This document shows, piece after piece, positions 52,865 to 63,144 of a stretch of 64,000 nucleotides of DNA. The notes below the pieces were generated by a model. It did not search any database. It had not been told where the DNA came from and worked only from the letters and a program-made list of their open reading frames with translations. Every line of letters starts with the position of its first letter. Position 1 is the stretch's first letter. The stretch is from Blepharisma stoltei ATCC 30299 (Eukaryota > Protista > Ciliophora): positions 248,001 to 312,000 of the forward strand of contig CBFDEM010000043.1 of the NCBI GenBank assembly GCA_965603825.1, given 5' to 3'. The translations under genes were made by a program, and so were the position numbers.

Positions 52865-54397
52865 ATGAAAATTTTGCCTCTTCTAATAAGCTCGGCCCTT
52901 GCTTATGATATCAATACAGAAGAAGATGGTAAAACCTTTGGCTACGGAACTTTATATTCTATGGTTCCGCTATGAACGCTAATGCTACTCTTAGTGCTAC
53001 TTTTTCACTGAAATCGCAGCCAATTACTAGGTGGATTTATCCAATTAGTTACGTTTTTCCAATTCGCGCGATACGTGCCTTTAATGAATTTTTCAACGTC
53101 AGTATTCTATGGTTCTTTTTGGAAACAAATTGTTTACTTTTTTCAGGCTTATATTTATTATGAAGATTCAGATGTAAAGCCATACCAACCTCATTTTGAA
53201 TATATGGAAATTAAATCAGTTTTAATTTTGTATAATGCACAAGAATATTTTGTTATATTATTGCTATGCCTAATGATTTTAACCTTTTTGCCATTCATAC
53301 AAAAGTCGTTGCAGGAATCTAAGGCGAGATATTCAATTTTCTTTTGGTTTGTTGTTGCTTCATGTATGGATTTAAACTTTTACAGTTTTTTGACTATCCA
53401 AAATGTAGATTCTGCTACTCACTTAATGATAATAAGTGCAATTTTATCAGGGATTTGTTTAGTAAATCTCTTTGTAATATTTTGCTTAATGGTATACTCT
53501 GCATTCACAAATGATTTTAAAGGATATTTTAGCTTATTTTTTAAAGAATTTAAAAAAAAATCAGTATGAATGCACTTATACTACCCATTATCTATGCTAA
53601 AACGAATTATCTTCGGCATACTTTTAGTCTTTGCTTATGAGTATAAGTATTATCAGTGTTTTACGATGATATCACTTGAATTATGCATAAGTATTTTTTA
53701 TTTAGTATTATATTTACTTATATCTCTACCTTATATATCTTTAAGAAATACCATAATTACTATCTGTTATCATTTATTTGAAATCATATTTCTAATCATC
53801 CCAATTCTATATGAAAAATCCTATTGAAGCCAGGAAAATGTAAACATTTTAACACTTTCTATATGTTGGGCAGGCTTTTTATTAATAGTTTTGAGGTTTT
53901 CCTTAGATATTGTCATATTAGAAAGCGAAAGGTCCAAAGTCGACCTAAATGATATATCAATTGATGAGAGATCTGCCAATGTTATCACATTGGAACCACT
54001 TTCTCACATAAATGAAGCTGACATTACTGATAGTTTTGAATATCCCAGAAATAAACATTTAAAGCATGAAAGCATAAATAAGCCTGCATCATATCTTAAT
54101 CCAAATGAAATCAAAGAGTTCTCAATGCATACAAGGAATAACTCTACTGATATGAGCATGATGTATCCATCGCAAAGGCCATCTGTTGAGTACAGACACA
54201 ATCCTTTATATCAAATGCATTTAACCCCAGAACTTTCGATGGAGAATAATGATATTCCACAGATTATAACTTTAGCGATCCCAGAAGTCCTAGATGAGCC
54301 AGTAAATAATTCATCTAGCCCCAAGCAAAGCTTAATGCAAAATAGACTGAAGAAAATCAAAACTTTTAATCTGAACAACTTGACAGTAAAAAATTAA
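52865..54397 (+). CDS. Signal-peptide multi-pass membrane protein (TRP-C-terminal-like TM domain); probable intron 53691-53705
   Basis: ATG 52865 MKILPLLISSALA; single frame; FSLFFKEFK...W..YYPLSMLKRIIF...PY...RN pattern. Confidence 0.65.
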
Positions 54398-54429
54398 AAA
54401 TAATTACATAATTCTTGAAAATATTAAAT

Positions 54430-55311
54430 TTATACCAAATTTAATGTCAAAGCATTTGACTCTCTCCAAATAAAAGCATCTACAAAACCGATCATTAAAC
54501 TATGATCCAACTCTCTCCCTTTACACGCAAAAGTCCCTTTCACTGGAGTTCTTCTCAAAATCAAGTCATATATGTCTTGAATGCAAAATTCTCCAGACGT
54601 TTCGAACCCAAAACTAAGTTCTCCAACCACAATTCTGAACACTGTGGTCTTTTTGTAATTGAATAATTTTCTTTGTCTCTCCTGGCTTTCCTGCATATTC
54701 ATTGTAGAAAGGCTGTTTATTAACTCATATGCTTTGTCCAGTCTCGGGGATGCAATTGGATAACTATAAAGTATATAAAAAATAAATGCCTGAAGAATCC
54801 TATTCGGGATATATGATTCTATATCTTTACCACAAGGACATTTTTTATTGCCCTCTTTAAGCCACCTGGCAATACAGAGTTTACAAACTAAATAAAAATT
54901 ACAGTTATGGAAGCAGCCTGATAGTAAAAAAGGTTTTCTGAGGACCCCACCGCATAACCCACAGCTAATTTCCTGAGAAATTTCAGAAGCTCTGAACTTA
55001 AGCTTGTCAAAACAAACTCCAAAATTTTTAATTGTTTGATTATTTTTCAAAGCCTGTATTTTTTTGCTGGCAAAAGCTGAGTTTTTTAAACGCATTTCCA
55101 TAAAACTTATTCTGTTGGCAGCTTCACCTAGGGAATTCTCTATTTTATGTTGAGGTTGTCCTAGCTCAAATTCATCAACTACTTGAAAGAGAATTTCTGA
55201 AGTTATAGGAGCAAGAGAGCTTACAAAAATCCCATCAGCCTCTTCTGTCTCACTTTCTGGCGCAAAATTCATAATCTCAAGAGAGTGAACACTTTTAGAA
55301 GGGTATTCCAT
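54430..55311 (-). CDS. C3HC4 RING plus C-terminal ubiquitin-like (RAWUL-like) protein, PCGF/BMI1-like (intron 54888-54902)
   Basis: Spliced RING CGLC...CFHNFCKLC...CPC; C-terminus ACKGRELDHSLMIGFVDAFIWRESNALTL resembles the end of a RAWUL domain. Confidence 0.65.
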   Translation of the reverse strand: MEYPSKSVHSLEIMNFAPESETEEADGIFVSSLAPITSEILFQVVDEFELGQPQHKIENSLGEAANRISFMEMRLKNSAFASKKIQALKNNQTIKNFGVCFDKLKFRASEISQEISCGLCGGVLRKPFLLSGCFHNCNFYLVCKLCIARWLKEGNKKCPCGKDIESYIPNRILQAFIFYILYSYPIASPRLDKAYELINSLSTMNMQESQERQRKLFNYKKTTVFRIVVGELSFGFETSGEFCIQDIYDLILRRTPVKGTFACKGRELDHSLMIGFVDAFIWRESNALTLNLV

Positions 55312-56125
55312 TTATTCAGCTAATATAATACAACGAAAATTCTTTTATAAATAAAGCAATTATTTTTCTCTTAAAGTTTATGAAATGCTGTCAACAAAAA
55401 TTTATCACGAAATGGCAATGGATATTAATTAATTTCATTGTCTTTTTCTGTTGATAAAAATAGTGTATTTCATTAGATTTTTATGTAAAAAGCCAGGCGA
55501 ATTAAAAGCCTTAATGACTAAATATAGTTCTCATATATTTATATCAATCTAAGCTATCAGAAAAACAATTAGATCAAGGAGCTTTTCACTTTATAATTAA
55601 GAAATCTATATGTTAAGCTAACTTCATAGCAGTGTCCAAAAATGTTAGTAAAACAAATTTTTATTGATTAGAATGGAAGATAAGCTAGTTATTGTTTTAC
55701 GGATATAAGGCTCAACCTCTAAAAATAGATTAACTGCAATAACAAATTATCTTTATATCCTAAAGAATTAGAAATTTCTTAATAGCTTTGTTTTTATTAT
55801 GAATTTCTTAATAGACTTAAATTATAAAAATCTAATTATTATCTCCAAAATCAAAATGAAATTTTAGATTGAAATTATATTTGGCTGTATGCATTACTGG
55901 ATTTGAAAGATAAATAAATACAGATAAATTGATAGAAATTGAGAGGTCTTTATTTCACTTTTGAGTAAAATTTTGCAAAATAGAATCTTAAAAAATTCTA
56001 GATGCAGAACTTTAGTAAGGTGAAATATTTATAATTGGCTATATCTTATCTGTTTTTAAATGGTCCCTTTTTCACTATTTAAAAGTAATTTATTCCTAAC
56101 TGTCTGTCTTAAGAAATTGCTAAAT

Positions 56126-57748
56126 TTAATATCCTTCTCTTCTTCTTGGGGCTGCTTTTACAATTTCGTCTACTCTTAATATCATTTCAGCTGCTTCTGA
56201 AGCTGCTAACAGTGCTTGTTCTTTAACTCTTAAGCATTCCTTAATGCCCAAATCTTCCATATTTCCGACGCATCCTCTACCTATATCAATTCCTGCTGTT
56301 GTATTCCCATTATGGATTTCAGCTCTTAATTGTGAGATGATTTCTGCGCTATCAAAACCACCGTTATCAGCTACAATCATTGGTAGCTTTCTTAGTGCTC
56401 GTCCGTAAGCTTCAATTGCTAATGATTTCTTGCCTGGGATTTGTCTTGCGAGTTCATCTGTAGCTTCAGCCATTCTTACTTCAGTATTGCCACCTCCATA
56501 GACAACTTTGGAATTTTTGATAGTTTGGATGAGGACACATAGGGCGTCGTGTAAGCTTCTTTCTGCTTCGTCTAATATGTGAGTGCTGGCACCTCTTAAT
56601 ACAATAGTGCTGGCTCTACCTTCATGGCAACCTTGGAATCTGATGACTTTGTCTTCGCCTATCATAATTTCATCAACTAGCTCACATGTTCCGAGCTTTG
56701 CAGATTCAGGGGTGTCAAATGTGGATAAAATATCAGCACCTAAGACAGATGAAAGTCTTTCAACACCATCAAAATCAGCGTGCTCAATAACCATTACACC
56801 TTGCTCAGCCATCAGACTTTCAGGATAATCATAAATTAGCTGCCTATTAATAAATATGCTAGGCTTGTGTGCTAAGATTTTGTCGACTTTCCTTTTCATT
56901 TTTTCTCGTTCTGCTGCTTCAATTTCTGCAACTTTGTCAATAGAGTCAACCTTTACTTTTGAGCCAAAAATCTTGATTTTGTCATAATCCATAGGGGTAT
57001 TTGCTACAAGAATTCTTGGGGTTATTTTCACTTTTGGAGATTTTGAAGCAATCTTTTTTTCCAAGATAAATCCGTCTGCTAAGAAAGAGTCTTTTAAGTT
57101 CCCACCAGCCTTCTTAATAATTTGAATAAGCTTCAAATCGTCACTTCCTTTAAGCCTTAAAACTGCATCTACAGCCAAATTAACGAAATGCTCTTTTTCT
57201 TGTACTAGCAATTTTGAGCTTAGAGTGGTTCCAGCGATACTTTCAAGATCCTTTCTGAAAACAGCTTCATCTTGTGAGTGATCCATTGCAATATCGAGAA
57301 GAGTTTTTCTTGCAGCTTCTTTAGCGAGTCTCCATCCTTGGATGATAATTTGAGGATGTATTTTTGCAATAACAAGCTGTTCAGCTTCTCTTAGCAATTC
57401 TCCGCCAAGAACAGCGACTGTAGTTGTCCCATCTCCTACTTCATCATCTTGGGTTTTTGAAATGTCAATTAAAATCTTGGCAGCTGCATTATCAACGTAG
57501 ACTGATTTTAGTATTGTTGCTCCATCATTTGTAACAGTGATTTTCTGCTCATTTGGGTCAGCACTTTTCAAGATCTTGTCCATTCCTTTCGGCCCAAGAG
57601 TTGTTTTGACAAGCTCAGAAATGGCAATGGCCCCTACAAAGGATGTAAGTCGAGCCATCTCTCCTTTGGACTCCTCTGCTTGTTCATCAAATATCTGAGG
57701 ATTTACATTGCCAGCTTCATCTTGCCTGCCTGCGTAAGGTCCACTCAT
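56126..57748 (-). CDS. CCT2: T-complex protein 1 subunit beta
   Basis: [61 protein letters not shown]. Confidence 0.98.
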   Translation of the reverse strand: MSGPYAGRQDEAGNVNPQIFDEQAEESKGEMARLTSFVGAIAISELVKTTLGPKGMDKILKSADPNEQKITVTNDGATILKSVYVDNAAAKILIDISKTQDDEVGDGTTTVAVLGGELLREAEQLVIAKIHPQIIIQGWRLAKEAARKTLLDIAMDHSQDEAVFRKDLESIAGTTLSSKLLVQEKEHFVNLAVDAVLRLKGSDDLKLIQIIKKAGGNLKDSFLADGFILEKKIASKSPKVKITPRILVANTPMDYDKIKIFGSKVKVDSIDKVAEIEAAEREKMKRKVDKILAHKPSIFINRQLIYDYPESLMAEQGVMVIEHADFDGVERLSSVLGADILSTFDTPESAKLGTCELVDEIMIGEDKVIRFQGCHEGRASTIVLRGASTHILDEAERSLHDALCVLIQTIKNSKVVYGGGNTEVRMAEATDELARQIPGKKSLAIEAYGRALRKLPMIVADNGGFDSAEIISQLRAEIHNGNTTAGIDIGRGCVGNMEDLGIKECLRVKEQALLAASEAAEMILRVDEIVKAAPRRREGY

Positions 57749-57762
57749 ATTATTATTACAGT

Positions 57763-58224
57763 ATGTTCAATAGCATAGATCCAGACGAAATAATCCCCAA
57801 TCTTTACCTAGGAAGTATTGAAGCAGCCTGCGACTCTCGGCTATTACAGAGTCTAGGGATCAACATTATAATCCAAGTTTTAGAAGATCCAAGAGAATGC
57901 AGGGTTTTTGACCAATTTCAATACTATCAGATAAGGATTGGAGACTGGCCAACTGCAAATATCACGAAATATTTACCTAATGCTATTAGATTTATACACA
58001 GAAATCTAAATGAAGGAAAAAAAATTTTTGTTCATTGCGTCGCCGGAGTTTCAAGGAGCGCGACGATTGTTATTGCGTATATGATGGCTTTGAGGAAATG
58101 AGAATATGAGGAAGCAATTAAGTATGTGAGGAGTAAAAGAAGTAGGGTAGCGCCTAATAATGGGTTTGAGATGCAGCTGAGATGTATTGAAAAAGAAATG
58201 CTGTATGAAGCTTTAGAATTTTAA
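57763..58224 (+). CDS. Atypical dual-specificity protein phosphatase
   Basis: [28 protein letters not shown], then TGA(Trp) and VRSKR...PNNGF..QL to TAA 58222-58224. Confidence 0.93.
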
Positions 58225-58346
58225 TAAGGAATGGGTTGCTGTTAGATTATTATAAGCTTTACTTTTTTGGTTATATTACCAATTTTACTTATTTTACTGT
58301 AAAAAATAACTGTGCTTCTAAAAGACAGTCATGTGTATCAAAAATT

Positions 58347-58694
58347 TTAATTAGAGCTACTATCAATATTTAACTGCAAAAATGATGCGGACTTTTCTGA
58401 ATCTATTCGAGCTTTATATTCCCCAAGAAAATCAGGTCCAACAGAAACTAAGTAATTTTGTCCGTCATAATCAAGCAAGACGGACTCCATATCTTCATTC
58501 AAATTTTTTATTCTTGTAGGCTGATCATCAAAATCTGAGTCAGTGATTGTTGCAATTAGCAGATCATAATCAGCTCCTACTTCATTTTTAGAGATTGAAT
58601 AAGATCCTCCTTCATCTATTACCACTTCTTCTTCAGCCTCATTTTCAGATAGTAAACCTTGAATAAGTAAAGCTATTATAAGTAAGCCTTTCAT
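58347..58694 (-). CDS. Small secreted acidic protein, paralog A
   Basis: Signal peptide MKGLLIIALLIQGLLS; DDQPTRI motif shared with 61816-62214. Confidence 0.75.
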   Translation of the reverse strand: MKGLLIIALLIQGLLSENEAEEEVVIDEGGSYSISKNEVGADYDLLIATITDSDFDDQPTRIKNLNEDMESVLLDYDGQNYLVSVGPDFLGEYKARIDSEKSASFLQLNIDSSSN

Positions 58695-58739
58695 GGAGAG
58701 TTTTCAGATTAATTATTCATAAATCCGTTAATCTAGATA

Positions 58740-59113
58740 TCGTTAAACTCCTTTTTTGGTAAATTTTTTTGATGATTCATTTTTGCTGATGCTAGATTAT
58801 AGATAAACAACTTTCGGAGTCCGAAGACCCTTATTCCCAACCATATCGCATCGCTACTCAGCAAACGATTTTTCCGCTTATTAATCGTTTTGGCAGAACC
58901 TTGCACTCGCTTCCAAAAGTAAGAAGTTTTTGCCACCTTGCTGCATCCTATGCATAGGCTGCATTTCATGGAAATTTCCAAGTTAGAATATTCTGGTTTG
59001 CTGCTGATTAAAATTGAAGCTAGAAACCGAAGGTTCACATCAGACGTTGCACTCCCTTCCTCAAGCTCCTCACCACTGTCGGTTATCAGCTAAAGAATTT
59101 AGAGTTTAATCGA
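58740..59113 (-). ncRNA. Candidate structured RNA of unknown family (alternatively a small ORF lacking a clear start)
   Basis: ~42% GC island, two cUUCGg hairpins on the minus strand, nested terminal helices. Confidence 0.35.
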
Positions 59114-59178
59114 CTCACCATACTATTTTGATGTATAAATCATTTATTATATCAATTACCCATTTTCGTTAGCAACCC

Positions 59179-61758
59179 ATGGTGTCATTTCCAAGACAAA
59201 ATTCCAACTTATATTACCAAGACCAATATTTTGAGCAAAATAAGTACTTACAATTCAAAGACAGCTCTACCGAAAAACGTTATTCTTCAGACATTATCAA
59301 ATCTCGTGCAAATTCACTGACTTATATTTGTGTATGATCAATAGCAATAGCCTTATGCTTATTCATTTTAGGTGATATTACTCTATATGAGTTTTTCAGC
59401 TTTTTTTCTGCATGTCTCCCATGATTAGCTGCAAGAAATTCTTCTCCCCTCTTGCAAAGAATTTTATTAGAAATACCAAACTTTATGATTTTATCAAAAA
59501 TAATTTCAAATGGGAATTTTTTCGAAAGTTTAGCAGGCTTTTTATCTAGTTTTATCATTACTTTACTTTTATATCCCCACTGAACAAAATTCCTATTATT
59601 TAGCACCATGGAAATCATTGTGCTATTTTTTACGAATCATCTTAAAAATCCTGGAGTGATTTTGACAGCCTTTACTTACACTTTAATATTTTCTCTGGGG
59701 GAAAAGGATTTCCGGGCTTTATGAAGAATCTATCAGACTATGAAAAAATCCAACGCTACTTATTATTCTTTTTTTCAGAATTTGCATTCAGCTGTTTTTA
59801 TAGTAAATTCCTCAGGAAGCATCATTCAATTCAATAAAAAAGCTGCTAAAATGATGGCCAGAATGTGCCCGAATTCAAGAAATTTTATAGATATGTTTTT
59901 TCTAGAGTATCGTGAATTGATTGAGTTATTAATAAAAAATGCTATTTTAAAAGGATGCCCAGGAAAGGAAGAGCTTTTATTCAAGCAATTTGAAAAAGAT
60001 ATAGAATTTAGTAAAGGTGAAATTTTAGGATGCTCAATTTATGCAGAAAGTATAAAGTGAAAAGCAGAAAATTGCGCACTGCTTATGTGTGATGATATCA
60101 CTGATAATATAAACAATAAAGCATTAATGATGAGATATATAAGAGATTCTAAGCCAGCTGTAGAAGCATTTGGAAAATCTCTTGCAAACGATATAGACAA
60201 TACTCAGCTTAGGAGTAAAGAAAACTTTCAAGAGTATATGAATATAAAATATTACTATTATACATGCTCAATATATCAATCCGTGTTTTTCAACTCAATT
60301 GTACTAAGCAAAGATTCCTTTAGCATCGACGATGATATACAAAACACTATTGAAATTTTATATGGAAAAGCCCAAAGAAAAAGCATTACAGTCACTTATC
60401 AAAAAGACCAAGGAATTCCAAAATCAGTAATAGGAGACCAATCTATTCATTTTTATATCCTGCAAACAACTTTTGCCTTTGCTATCGAAAAAGCCCTGCC
60501 CAATAGTGAGATCTATTTAAGGGCAGAAATTTCAGTAATCATTATTTAGTCTGCTGTAGGAAAAGAACTTTATGTATCTTATACACTAGTAATCCGAACA
60601 AGGAAGCTTAATAGCAACGATGTAAAAAAGCTATTTCATGTGAAAAGAACTGAAAGACAAAGGATTTCAATGGATGAAATAGTCGAAAATTGTGTGCAGT
60701 CTGGCTTTGGAATTGCTTTATTTGATTCTATTCTGGTATTTCTTAAAGGTGAAATTTCTGAAGCTGCAATGGAAGATTATGGCTCTGACAAATTTTCATT
60801 AATTTGGAAAATCCCATACTCTCTTTCAGATAAGGCGGCAAAATCTAAAATAATAAGAATAACTGCGAATCAAACTTATGAGACTCCTTTGACTTCTAAA
60901 TGAAAGCCTCAGCCTGAAAATAGGATAGATGAATGCCAACAGTTAAGCAATCAGATTATCAGGCTAAGATCTCGAGGAAGAGATAGCTTCTCAATGAAAT
61001 TCGAAATGCAGACAGTAGGAAATATTAGCATTGAGTCTATTCATCACTGCTCAACCTTTTCCAGCTTTGATGTGTCAGATTTAGACGAAAATCCAGATAT
61101 TGCGCATAAAATATGCAGTTATCGCTCAAAAGAAGTGATAAGAGTTGTCACTTTTGACCCAGCACAATATGAAACAAATTTTAAAGAAGAAAATCCGAAA
61201 AAATGTGCGACTCAGTCTATTGCTAATAGAAAGATAAGAGTTTTTAGCAAAAATAATGCTCCTGTATTGCCAGATTATTCACTAACTAGTATATTTAAAA
61301 TAAACAGGTTCCTTGAAAAAGAGGCTGTCAAATACAAGCTGGATCCTCAAAGAATGAAAATTTTAGTAGTAGACGATATAGACAGTCAGCGTGAGATCAT
61401 TGAAGAAATGACTGAAAAGATGTTCCACGCAAGCTATGATAGTGCAAAGGACGGAAGCATGGCAATAGAAATGTTTAAAGCTTATGAAGACCAAGGATAT
61501 ATATATCAATTGATTTTTATGGACGTTTATATGCCACTTACTGATGGATTTAAAGCAACGCAACAGATAAGAGATATTGAAAAGCAAAAAGGCATGCCAA
61601 GGACCTTTATATGCGGGATGTCTGGAGATGCGGGGCTACGGCAGAAATGCCTCAACGTCGGAATGGATGAATTCTGTAAGTTTTATTTAGTGCAAAAGCC
61701 ATCATGTCCTGCAGATCTGAAAAGAATTGTGGAATTGAGTAGGATTAATAAATTTTAA
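59179..61758 (+). CDS. Membrane hybrid sensor: TM domain, PAS, degenerate His-kinase, receiver (~849 aa; introns 60535-60549, 61676-61690)
   Basis: Single frame; PAS (AVFIVNSSGSIIQFNKKA), IPKSVIGD, SGFGIAL; receiver ILVVDD, IFMDVYMP..DG, and GMDEFLQKP after splicing. Confidence 0.85.
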
Positions 61759-61815
61759 ATATAATATAATATAATTTTGAAAATTTATAGTGGTAAGTCA
61801 ATTATATTTTGGAAT

Positions 61816-62214
61816 TTAAGATTCTGCCTGTAAAAATGAAGAAGATTCATCCTCTGCTAATTCCTTTAAATATTTTTTAGCATAATCAGTGTCGATAGTC
61901 ACAACATATGACTGGCCTTCATAATAAATAATAATTGATTGGACACTTGTATCACTATTATCAATTCTTGTAGGCTGATCATCTTCATCAGAGTTTGTGG
62001 AAACTGAGATTAGATCTTCATATAATTTTTCTGCGTCATTTCTAATTTCTCTTCAGTTGATGGAATATTCATCATAATCTTCATCTGAGTCTTCTTCAGA
62101 CTCAGTGTTTGTGTCTTCTTCTGTTTCTGTGGTGCTGTCTTCTTCAGAATCAGTTGTTTCATCAGTTAGGGATATAGCTTGTAATGTTAAAAGTAGCAAA
62201 ATTAAAGCTTTCAT
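61816..62214 (-). CDS. Small secreted acidic protein, paralog B (132 aa; missing from the ORF track)
   Basis: MKALILLLLTLQAIS, D/E/T/S tract, W(TGA), DEDDQPTRIDN...YEGQSYVV...SSFLQAES*. Confidence 0.8.
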
Positions 62215-62667
62215 ATTTATTTAAACGGATACTTTAGGTTGACGATAGAGCTAGAAATTTAAAAAATAGAAGATAAATTTTATACTGCAATAATTATTTA
62301 TTTTAATTTATTTATTCTTCAAGAATAATGTGTACAAATTTTAAATATAAAATTAATATTATCTCAAAAATAAATTATTAAATTATTATAAAGAAAATAC
62401 AAGTTAATTTAAGAGTTCGTTCTGGAATATATTTAAAGCTAATAAATATTTGAATTCTTTATTGACAAAAACAATTCAATTATTCAAACTTAATTATCAT
62501 TATATAAAGCACTTTGAATGAAACCAAAAGCAAAATTATGCCCTTTCTTATTTTTGAGAGCTTTATATGGGTTTTTCAAGGAAATTTCTATCCTTTTTAT
62601 CATTGAAATTTGCTTTGGTTTTCCTATAGACATATTTTTCCAGTGACGTTCAGCTATAGAAATTATT

Positions 62668-63144
62668 ATGGAAAGCCAGAGATTTATTTGCAGGGTTGCA
62701 GGCTGCAATAAAGATTACTGCAACCAATTTAACCTAAAGAGACACTACGAAAGCCAACACATGGGTGTAAAGCGCTTCAGATGCAAAATATGCAAGAAAT
62801 ATCTTTCATCCAAGCAGAATCTTAAGGAGCATCGGTTTATGCATACAGGCGCAAAGCCTTACGCCTGTCCTTATGAAGGCTGCATGGAATGCTTTCGACA
62901 AGGGAGCCAACTTTCTCTACACAAGAAAGTGCATGAGGAGGTAATCAAGCGAGTTAGAGGAATCCCTCAGGTCGAAACAAGTTTAAATCTATTGACGTCT
63001 GTGCTGACAAAAACAGAAAATGAAGACAAAATTGAGTGCATGGCTAAGCTGGAAGAGCAGAATATTGTCCTCCCGTCAATCAGTTCTCCCCAAGTTGGAA
63101 TAATCCTTCCTTCAACTATCAGCAGTCTTGTGATAGTGAGCTAA
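62668..63144 (+). CDS. Three-finger C2H2 zinc-finger transcription factor
   Basis: CRVAGC...H...H, CKIC...H...H, HTGAKPY linker, CPYEGC...H...H. Confidence 0.93.
   Translation: MESQRFICRVAGCNKDYCNQFNLKRHYESQHMGVKRFRCKICKKYLSSKQNLKEHRFMHTGAKPYACPYEGCMECFRQGSQLSLHKKVHEEVIKRVRGIPQVETSLNLLTSVLTKTENEDKIECMAKLEEQNIVLPSISSPQVGIILPSTISSLVIVS

Noticed and set aside
58785-59090. Definite RNase P RNA call (scattered motif similarities)
   Set aside because: A complete P4 pseudoknot with correctly spaced CR-I/CR-V could not be established, so it is left as an unassigned candidate.
600-62708. Numerous short track ORFs antisense or out of frame to real genes (e.g. 1647-1922, 12615-12983, 25262-25573, 56583-56828, 59322-59618) and AT-rich spacer ORFs (600-815, 62490-62708)
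   Set aside because: Shadow ORFs with no recognisable motifs, often starting at non-ATG codons.
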